Part shown: one piece after another, positions 8,584-16,225 of the stretch
Numbering within the stretch: the stretch's first letter is position 1
How the letters are laid out: the number at the start of each line of letters is the position of its first letter
DNA from: a virus
Lineage: Duplodnaviria; Caudoviricetes
DNA length: 36,688 nucleotides
Direction: 5' to 3' (one strand)
IMG/VR virus record: IMGVR_UViG_3300023105_003460
Coordinates: 1 to 36,688 of that record
Position numbers and translations under genes: made by a program
Notes under the pieces: model-generated
What the model saw: the letters and a program-made list of their open reading frames with translations, nothing else
Database searches by the model: none
What the model was told of the DNA's origin: nothing

Positions 8584-10260
8584 GTGGCTGTTGTCCAAAT
8601 CAGTAGAATACAGATCCGTAGAGGACAGAAAAATCAAGGATTAGGATTACCCCAGCTAGCCAGTGGAGAGCTTGGCTGGGCAATTGATACACAGGAACTA
8701 TACATTGGTAATGGTAGCCTAACTGAAGGCGCCCCAATGCTTGGCAATACAAAGATACTTACTGCCAGAGATAATATATTTAAACTTGGTGATGCTTATG
8801 CTTACAAAGAGGATTATCCTTTTGTTCAAACAGGCTCAGCACCAGCAAGCCCTACCACACGCTCTCTACAAGACAGGTTAGATGATGTAGTATCCATACG
8901 AGCATTTGGCTGTATGGGTGATCCACTAGATGATGTAACAGAGGAATTCCAGAGAGCAATAGATCAACTGTTTATAAACAATGCTACAAAGGGTGATCCC
9001 CGTAGCAGAGTTGTGCTAAATATTGATCCTGGTACATATACTATTTCTAAAACTATATACATTCCTCCATATGCTACAATTGTTGGAGCAGGTGTAGATA
9101 AAACTATAATTGATTATATAGGAATAGGGGCTGCCTTTATAACAGTAAATGATCTCAGCCAACCTGGACTTCCAGCTCTCGATGAAGTTTCTGTTGATAG
9201 TGCTACAACTTACAACAATCAGCCACGCTCTATAAGATTAGAGAATTTAACAATACAACACGCAGACAAAAATGGCATAGGAATACACTTATCTAGTTGC
9301 AAACAGTCTATTATTAATAATGTTAAGATAAAAGGTAGTTGGGTAATTGGCGATTCACTTACTCCTATTCATGCTACAGAACTATCTAGAAGTGTTGGTA
9401 TATTATTAGACTCACTGAGTTCTGTTGTTAAGACTAGTAATGTAACTATCACAAACACTATTATATCTAACTTTACATATGGTACAATTGCTAATCAATA
9501 TGTTATAGAAAACTTATATGATAGATGTACATTCCATGATTTAGGACGGGCTATAGTCTTTGGTGCTCAGATGAATACTAATAATGAGTTACCTTGTAAT
9601 AACATTATATCAAACTCTACATTTGATGATATACATTCTGAAGCTATAAAAATTGATAGAGGAAGAAATAATCTTAGCACAAATAATACATTTAGAAGTG
9701 TAGGTAACTATGGCGGCAATGAGTATCAATCTATTACACCAATTTTAGATTTTAACTATACAACAAACGAAACAGTAAATGATTATTTTCATAGAACTGA
9801 TTTATTGAGGACCGAGTTTGTTGTAGCATCTACATATATTGCTGAAGTAAAAGGCAATGTTAACCATCAGAGTGGTTATACTCATGATTGTATGATATAT
9901 ACTTCAAGCACACCTGAGAATGTGCTGCGGTTACCAGCTGAACAAAATCAAAGTTATACACTAGAATACTATATGTTTAATCAGAGTTATGATTTACAAC
10001 GAACTGGTGTGTTAACTATTGCATGTGATAAAACAGGCGCTGATAAAGTTTACATTAGCGACAGCTATGATCAAGTTGGCGATTCTAAATATGAAACAAT
10101 AACTGGATATCTAAATTATGATATACATTTTTCCGGCGAGTTTATAAACGATGGAACATCAACAGATCCGGTGTATTCAATTTATTTGAGAGCCACTAGT
10201 GATTTTGTTGCCCCAACCTATTTTAGATATAAGCTGGTGAATCATAAACTAAAATTCTAA
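8584..10260 (+). CDS. Virion/tail-associated protein with a pectate-lyase-like beta-helix
   Basis: N-terminal IQIRRG...LASGELGW...LYIGNG; VSIRAFG-x-GD..DVT..FQRAI, then PGTY and I/N/S/T-rich repeats; GTG start with AAGGAG SD. Confidence 0.75.
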   Translation: MAVVQISRIQIRRGQKNQGLGLPQLASGELGWAIDTQELYIGNGSLTEGAPMLGNTKILTARDNIFKLGDAYAYKEDYPFVQTGSAPASPTTRSLQDRLDDVVSIRAFGCMGDPLDDVTEEFQRAIDQLFINNATKGDPRSRVVLNIDPGTYTISKTIYIPPYATIVGAGVDKTIIDYIGIGAAFITVNDLSQPGLPALDEVSVDSATTYNNQPRSIRLENLTIQHADKNGIGIHLSSCKQSIINNVKIKGSWVIGDSLTPIHATELSRSVGILLDSLSSVVKTSNVTITNTIISNFTYGTIANQYVIENLYDRCTFHDLGRAIVFGAQMNTNNELPCNNIISNSTFDDIHSEAIKIDRGRNNLSTNNTFRSVGNYGGNEYQSITPILDFNYTTNETVNDYFHRTDLLRTEFVVASTYIAEVKGNVNHQSGYTHDCMIYTSSTPENVLRLPAEQNQSYTLEYYMFNQSYDLQRTGVLTIACDKTGADKVYISDSYDQVGDSKYETITGYLNYDIHFSGEFINDGTSTDPVYSIYLRATSDFVAPTYFRYKLVNHKLKF

Positions 10261-10261
10261 T

Positions 10262-10690
10262 ATGTTTGATAAAGGTTCTTATGAAGATCGTCTATTGTAC
10301 TGGGCGATGTTTAGAGACTCTTTGGAAAAGAGTCAAGATCCATTACAGGATGTATCAGAGAAGTACAATAAAATAGAGCTAAAGAGTCAGGAGTATAATC
10401 CTTGGGATGAAAAGGATTGGCCTAGCCCTTGGACGTTAATATTTGAAAATAGGTATTGTGCTTTCCTACGCACGTTAGGAATGTGTTATAGCCTAAAACT
10501 AACAGAACGCTATAAAGACGAAGACTTGAAGTTTATTATAGCTAAAGATGAAGAATTACAGACACGCTATCTTTGCGTAGTAGATAACCATGTATTAGGA
10601 ATGGATAATGAAATACTTTTGAAAGACGATATTGATAATAAATTTTCCGTGTTAAAAGAAATTAATATAAATGACTTAATAAAAGGATAA
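10262..10690 (+). CDS. Hypothetical phage protein
   Basis: 142-aa ORF with a WPSPWTLI motif, tightly packed between neighbours. Confidence 0.75.
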   Translation: MFDKGSYEDRLLYWAMFRDSLEKSQDPLQDVSEKYNKIELKSQEYNPWDEKDWPSPWTLIFENRYCAFLRTLGMCYSLKLTERYKDEDLKFIIAKDEELQTRYLCVVDNHVLGMDNEILLKDDIDNKFSVLKEININDLIKG

Positions 10691-10692
10691 GA

Positions 10693-12987
10693 ATGTCAGA
10701 GATCAATATCATTAAAAGAACTGGAGCTAAAGAACCACTAAACATAGATAAGATCCACACTGTAGTGGAGTTTGCTTGTGACGGACTCGCAGGCGTAAGT
10801 AGTAGCCAAATTGAGATGAACGCAAACATCCAGTTTTATGATGGTATTACTACACGGGAAATTCAAGAAGTCCTTATTCGTAGTGCTAATGATTTAATAT
10901 CATTGGACCACCCTAACTATCAATATGCCGCAGCTAGACTTTTATTATACGGAACATATAAAGAAGTATTTGGCGATTACTGTACTATCCCACTAAAGAA
11001 TCTAATTGAACGAAATGTAAAACTAGGAGTATATGATCCTGAGATCCTAGAACTATATGATGAAGAAGAACTAAACAAACTCAATACATATATTGCTCAC
11101 AAGAGAGATGAGAATTTTACATACGCTGGGTTACGTCAGGTAGTGGACAAATACTTATGTCAAGATCGTAGTACGGGTCAGTTATATGAGACACCGCAAT
11201 ATATGTATATGATGATTGCTGCTACACTCTTTGCTAAATACCCACCAGAAACACGCCTCTCCTATGTTCGCAGATACTACAACGCAATTTCGCTATTTAA
11301 GATAAATGTTCCAACTCCCATTATGGCAGGGGTACGAACACCTATGCGACAGTTTGCTAGTTGTGTATTAGTAGATTCTGATGACACTCTCGATTCTATT
11401 TTCTCATCAGATATGGCTATTGGACGTTACATAGCACAGCGAGCAGGCATTGGTATCAACGCAGGACGCATCCGTGGAGTCAATTCAAAAATACGTGGCG
11501 GAGAAGTAGCACACACTGGTGTTATCCCATTCCTAAAGAAGTTTGAATCTACGGTTCGTTGTTGCACACAAAATGGAGTACGGGGAGGATCAGCAACTGT
11601 ACACTTCCCACTATGGCATCAAGAGATAGAAGATATCCTTGTGCTAAAAAATAACAAAGGCACAGAGGACAATCGTGTTCGCAAGCTAGACTACTCAATA
11701 CAAATGAACAAAACAATGTATGAGAGATTGCTTGGGGATGGTGAGATTACACTGTTCAGCCCGCACGATGTTCCAGACTTGTATGACGCATATTTTGGAG
11801 AGCCAGAGAAGTTCAAAGAGCTATACGAAAAATATGAGAGAGCTACAAGTATCAAAAAGAAAAAGCTCAAAGCAATGGATCTATTTTCAGATTTATTAAA
11901 GGAGCGAGCAGAAACAGGGCGCATCTATATTATGAATGTAGATCACTGTAATACTCATAGCAGTTTCAAAGACACTGTATATATGAGTAACTTATGTCAA
12001 GAAATAACCCTTCCAACCAACCCATTACAACATATAGACGACACTGACGGAGAAATAGCACTATGTATTTTGAGTGCAGTTAATGTTGGTGTGATTGAAA
12101 ACTTTACAGACTTACACGAAATATGCGAGCTGGCAGTACGAGCACTAGACGAAGTGATTGACTACCAGAGATATCCAGTGTTAGCAGCAGAGTATGGAAC
12201 AAAAGCTCGTCGCAGTTTAGGTATTGGTTATATAGGCTTGGCCCACTTCTTGGCACGACACAAAATGGGATATAATGATCCAGGCGCTGTTGATTTAGTT
12301 CACCATTTAACAGAGGCATTTCAATATTTCTTATTGCTAGCAAGTAACCAACTCGCCAAAGAGAAAGGACCTTGCACTGCTTTCCCACGCACTAAATACT
12401 ATGATGGCATCCTTCCTATTGATACTTACAAAAAGGATTTGGATGATATATGTGGAAAGCAGCATCACTATGATTGGGAAGCTCTTAGAATTGATATCAG
12501 AGAACACGGCTTACGGCACTCAACACTGTCCGCACAAATGCCATCAGAAAGCTCATCTGTTGTGTCAAACGCTACCAATGGAATCGAACCTCCAAGAGGA
12601 TTTTTGTCCATTAAGAAAAGCAAAAAAGGGCCTCTTAAACAAATTGTTCCGCAGTATCAAAGCCTTAAAAATTACTACACCCTACTATGGGATATGCCCA
12701 GCAACGAAGGTTATATCAATATAGTAGCAGTAATGCAAAAATTCTTTGATCAGGCGATTAGTGGTAATTGGAGCTACAACCCCCTCAACTACGATAACAA
12801 CGAAGTTCCTATGAGCGTAATGTTACGGGACTTGCTCACCACATATAAACTAGGATGGAAGACAAGCTACTATCAGAATACATATGATTTTAAGACTGAT
12901 CCTAGTGACTTTGAAGAAACCGAAAGAAAAATTGAACCATTACCTGAGCTAGAAGATGCTGAGGAATGTGAGTCCTGCGTAATATGA
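10693..12987 (+). CDS. nrdA: Class Ia ribonucleotide reductase alpha subunit with ATP cone
   Basis: QFASC, SNLCQEI, ALCILS, KTSYY and C-terminal CESC; no intein visible. Confidence 0.97.
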   Translation: MSEINIIKRTGAKEPLNIDKIHTVVEFACDGLAGVSSSQIEMNANIQFYDGITTREIQEVLIRSANDLISLDHPNYQYAAARLLLYGTYKEVFGDYCTIPLKNLIERNVKLGVYDPEILELYDEEELNKLNTYIAHKRDENFTYAGLRQVVDKYLCQDRSTGQLYETPQYMYMMIAATLFAKYPPETRLSYVRRYYNAISLFKINVPTPIMAGVRTPMRQFASCVLVDSDDTLDSIFSSDMAIGRYIAQRAGIGINAGRIRGVNSKIRGGEVAHTGVIPFLKKFESTVRCCTQNGVRGGSATVHFPLWHQEIEDILVLKNNKGTEDNRVRKLDYSIQMNKTMYERLLGDGEITLFSPHDVPDLYDAYFGEPEKFKELYEKYERATSIKKKKLKAMDLFSDLLKERAETGRIYIMNVDHCNTHSSFKDTVYMSNLCQEITLPTNPLQHIDDTDGEIALCILSAVNVGVIENFTDLHEICELAVRALDEVIDYQRYPVLAAEYGTKARRSLGIGYIGLAHFLARHKMGYNDPGAVDLVHHLTEAFQYFLLLASNQLAKEKGPCTAFPRTKYYDGILPIDTYKKDLDDICGKQHHYDWEALRIDIREHGLRHSTLSAQMPSESSSVVSNATNGIEPPRGFLSIKKSKKGPLKQIVPQYQSLKNYYTLLWDMPSNEGYINIVAVMQKFFDQAISGNWSYNPLNYDNNEVPMSVMLRDLLTTYKLGWKTSYYQNTYDFKTDPSDFEETERKIEPLPELEDAEECESCVI

Positions 12988-12995
12988 GGCAATGA

Positions 12996-14083
12996 ATGAC
13001 GACTGTATTTAATAAAGACAAAATAGACTATACTAAACAACATATGTTTTTTGGTGCTCCACAAAGCACACAAAGATATGACGTGTTTAAATTTCCACAG
13101 TTGATAAGCTAAATCAAACAATGCTAGGTTATTTTTGGAGACCTGAGGAAGTTAGCTTACAAAAAGATAGATCAGATTATCAAAATTTTAGACCCGAACA
13201 AAAACATATTTTTACATCCAATTTAAAATATCAAACATTATTAGACTCTGTGCAAGGGCGTGGTCCTTGTCTAGCATTTTTACCACACGTTTCACTACCT
13301 GAGCTTGAGGGTTGTATTGTAACGTGGGATTTCTTTGAGACTATCCACTCACGCTCATATACGCATATAATGAAGAATATATATGCTGATCCATCTGAGG
13401 TGTTTGATACTATACTTGATGATGAGAATATCATCAAACGAGCAGAGTCTGTTACAAGACACTATGATAAATTTATAGAGTTAGCAAGCGATAAAACTTC
13501 AAATATGAAAACAGTCAAGAAGAACTTGTTCTTGGCTATGATGACCGTAAATATCCTAGAGGGATTGCGTTTTTATGTTTCGTTTGCTTGTACCTTTGGC
13601 TTTGGCGAACTGAAGCTAATGGAAGGCTCTGCTAAAATTATTTCTTTTATTGCCCGTGACGAAGCACAACATTTGGCTATCTCAACACACATTCTAAAAC
13701 TATGGATGCAAGGTAAAGATGATCCAGACATGCTAACAATAGCAGGAGAATGTGAGGAAGAAGTGTATAACCTTTGGCGTGAATGTGTAGCAGAGGAAAA
13801 GGAATGGGCAGAATATTTATTTAAAGATGGTTCAATGATCGGACTCAATACTACACTGTTGAATCAGTATGTTGAATACATCGCTAATAGGCGCTTACGA
13901 GCATTAGGCTATAATACAATATTTGAACAACCAGTAAATACAAACCCTCTACCATGGACACAACATTGGCTCACTAGTTCAGGCTTACAAGTCGCACCAC
14001 AAGAGACAGAAGTAGAATCATATATTATTGGCGGTATAAAACAAGATGTAAATAAAGATAGTTTGAAAGGATTTACTTTATGA
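12996..14083 (+). CDS. nrdB: Class Ia ribonucleotide reductase beta subunit, interrupted by a 1-nt frameshift near 13100
   Basis: ATG 12996 gives MTTVFN...MFFG...QRYDVFKFPQ; the -1 frame continues DKLNQTMLGYFWRPEE, ETIHSRSY, EGLRFY, DEAQH, APQETE. Confidence 0.93.
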
Positions 14084-14334
14084 TAGAGATATGGGGCAAG
14101 GATCAATGCACACAATGCTTCAAAGCCAAGACTTACTTAGAGACTCGTAACATAGACTATATATACAAAAAGCTAGGAGAAGACTTTACACGGGAAGAAG
14201 TGCTAACAGAGTTTGTTAATGCTAGAACATTCCCACAAGTCAAAATTAATAACACACCTGTTGGAGGATATGAGCAAATGATTACTTATATCGAGACAAT
14301 GGGATTAGACACTAAAGGTGTAAATGCTAATTGA
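14080..14334 (+). CDS. Glutaredoxin (RNR electron donor, NrdC-like)
   Basis: CTQC, RTFPQV, VGGY; coupled to nrdB. Confidence 0.9.
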   Translation: MIEIWGKDQCTQCFKAKTYLETRNIDYIYKKLGEDFTREEVLTEFVNARTFPQVKINNTPVGGYEQMITYIETMGLDTKGVNAN

Positions 14335-14611
14335 AACTCCATATAAAAAAGGAGATGTAGTAACACTGAAAACAGTAGCTGGACAAGAACTTATTGCTAG
14401 GTATGAAGGCGAGGATAGCTCAACAGTCATAGTCAATAAGCCACTAGTTACTGTTATTACACAAGAAGGAGCAGTGATGGCTCCTTTCTTATACACTGTT
14501 AATATGGACGCAACTATTAAACTAAATAATCAACAATTGTTGTGTGTAGTAAAATCCGCAAAAGAGGTTGCTGATGATTATCTACAGAGAACAAGTGACT
14601 TAGCAATATAA
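14324..14611 (+). CDS. Hypothetical small beta protein (possible Sm-like fold)
   Basis: GDVVTLKTVAGQELIAR...VNKP pattern; the fold is inference. Confidence 0.65.
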   Translation: MLIETPYKKGDVVTLKTVAGQELIARYEGEDSSTVIVNKPLVTVITQEGAVMAPFLYTVNMDATIKLNNQQLLCVVKSAKEVADDYLQRTSDLAI

Positions 14612-14619
14612 GGAAAACA

Positions 14620-14796
14620 ATGACACTTCACGAAGAAATTATACAGGCATTCAATCTCTATCTAGCTGAATCAGCTACCTTTGAAAACAAAGGTACAAAA
14701 GCCGCAGCACCAAGAGCTCGTAAAGCATTGGGTGACTTAGGTAAACTTGTGACTGCTCGTCGCAAAGAGATTCAAGACAAAAAGAACGGAATGTAA
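14620..14796 (+). CDS. Histone H1-like Hc1-family small protein (missing from the ORF track)
   Basis: 58 aa MTLHEEII...KGTKAAAPRARKALGDLGKLVTARRKEIQ; AAGGA SD. Confidence 0.75.
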   Translation: MTLHEEIIQAFNLYLAESATFENKGTKAAAPRARKALGDLGKLVTARRKEIQDKKNGM

Positions 14797-14797
14797 A

Positions 14798-15100
14798 ATG
14801 CCAGCTATTGCGAGAATAGGTGATACAACAGTAGGTACATGCCCCTTAGGACATCCAAAGTCACCATGGAGTGGTTCAGGAGTTATTATATCAGGAAGTG
14901 GTACAACATTTGCTGACGGTTCTGGGGTAGCAAGATTAGGCGATGCTGTCCTTCCAGGCTGTGGGCATGTAAGCTCAATTGTATCAGCATCAGGCGTATC
15001 ATTTGCGGATGGAATTGGCGTTGCCAGGGTTGGCGACTCCGTTGCTGGACCATATGTAGCTACAATAGTATCTGGCTCTGGAACCAGCTATACAGCATAA
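14798..15100 (+). CDS. PAAR-repeat tail spike tip protein (T4 gp5.4-like)
   Basis: AIARIGD, VARLGD and VARVGD repeats with Cys/His ligands. Confidence 0.9.
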   Translation: MPAIARIGDTTVGTCPLGHPKSPWSGSGVIISGSGTTFADGSGVARLGDAVLPGCGHVSSIVSASGVSFADGIGVARVGDSVAGPYVATIVSGSGTSYTA

Positions 15101-15108
15101 ATATATAT

Positions 15109-15213
15109 ATGAATGATGCAAGGAATTTAGCGATTTGGCTGATATGTATGTTAGTAATATTTGTTGTATTAGCAGTCTTAGAAACAGCACTGGCAGTTCC
15201 AGACATCGGATAA
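15109..15213 (+). CDS. Small single-TM protein (34 aa, missing from the ORF track)
   Basis: MNDARNLAIWLICMLVIFVVLAVLETALAVPDIG; TAAATA 15098-15103 lies 5 nt upstream. Confidence 0.5.
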   Translation: MNDARNLAIWLICMLVIFVVLAVLETALAVPDIG

Positions 15214-15218
15214 AAGAT

Positions 15219-15520
15219 TTTGCTTGATGACTTGAGAAAATAGTTGCTACGGACAGGGTTTCGCCACCCTCATCTCCACCAAGATAGCATTTTACGAAGT
15301 GGTATGTTGGGGGATGATAGTTTCGACGTAGGATAACGATATCAAAGAGGAGCAAAGAGGGCGATGACCTACCATCAAACTTTATAAATGCAAACGAAAG
15401 TTTCATTGCTGAAGCTATCACATCCTTGGATTTTTCAATGGATCGTGATCTAGTCGCTGCCTAATAGGTAGTGAGGCTTCGGGGTTAGAGGGGGTAAGCC
15501 CGGCAACAGAAAACCTCCCA
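15219..15520 (+). ncRNA. ssrA: Circularly permuted two-piece tmRNA (alphaproteobacterial type)
   Basis: Acceptor piece ends CATCTCC-A-CCA at 15281; 28-nt spacer; coding piece starts GGGGATG at 15310 (7-bp stem with G3.U70); tag ANESFIAEAITSLDFSMDRDLVAA* at 15390-15464; outer ends approximate. Confidence 0.92.
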
Positions 15521-15535
15521 CAACAAGGAATGATA

Positions 15536-15754
15536 ATGAAATTGGTAGAAATTGATGAAGGTGCATTTGATCTTATTAATAGAATAGGCGATGCATTTAG
15601 ATTTGGCAAAGCAAGTGCTAGCAGCAAGATGGATATAGCAAAAGCCAATCCTCCCAAAAAAGACAATTCATCAAAACGAAACAATAAACCAGCCTATAAA
15701 AACATATGCGGTAAATGGGATGACCCCAAAACTACTGGATGTGTCAGACAATAA
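15536..15754 (+). CDS. Hypothetical small protein
   Basis: AAGGA SD fits ATG 15536; N-terminus MKLVEIDE. Confidence 0.65.
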   Translation: MKLVEIDEGAFDLINRIGDAFRFGKASASSKMDIAKANPPKKDNSSKRNNKPAYKNICGKWDDPKTTGCVRQ

Positions 15755-15793
15755 AAACGATAAATAAAAGTAGAGATATTTAAAGGACAATGA

Positions 15794-16216
15794 ATGAAAG
15801 TTTATGATTTATTGGAAAACATTGATTTAGATAAGAAAGAAGTTGTACAAGAGGAAGTCCTCGATATGACTGCTGACAATGACGCATGGGCTAGGAAATA
15901 CTTTAGCGCACCATATGCTACTTTTATGTCACACTACACAAATGAGTCAAAAGAATTAGTCAAAATGTACAATGACTTCAAGCGTGAGTTTGGGGGGAAT
16001 GCTTTACCAGATTCAGCACATGAAACAATTGCTGAAATGAAAGGCTACCTAAAGTTTGCACAGTCTTTGTATAGACATCCACAACTGTCTGAAGGAAGAG
16101 CCAAGCTATCAGATAATGTTCAGTATGCCATCCGCAAATCTTGGGGTGACTATCCAATGTACCGAGATTTCCTTGAATCACTATCTAAGGATATGCGCCG
16201 ACTGTATAAAAAATAA
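15794..16216 (+). CDS. Hypothetical protein, late
   Basis: TAAATA at 15761-15766, AAGGA SD; N-terminus MKVYDLLE. Confidence 0.75.
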   Translation: MKVYDLLENIDLDKKEVVQEEVLDMTADNDAWARKYFSAPYATFMSHYTNESKELVKMYNDFKREFGGNALPDSAHETIAEMKGYLKFAQSLYRHPQLSEGRAKLSDNVQYAIRKSWGDYPMYRDFLESLSKDMRRLYKK

Positions 16217-16225
16217 GGACAGTCA

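Noticed and set aside
10693-14083. Intein or group I intron in nrdA/nrdB
   Set aside because: Lengths fit uninterrupted class Ia subunits, and the nrdB break is a single missing base rather than an insertion
15251-15281. Stand-alone tRNA or attP tRNA fragment
   Set aside because: There is no anticodon arm, and it pairs with the downstream GGGGATG, so it is the tmRNA acceptor piece
14999-15684. Minus-strand ORFs 14999..15421 and 15418..15684
   Set aside because: Antisense to PAAR, the tmRNA and a plus-strand gene, with no recognisable motifs
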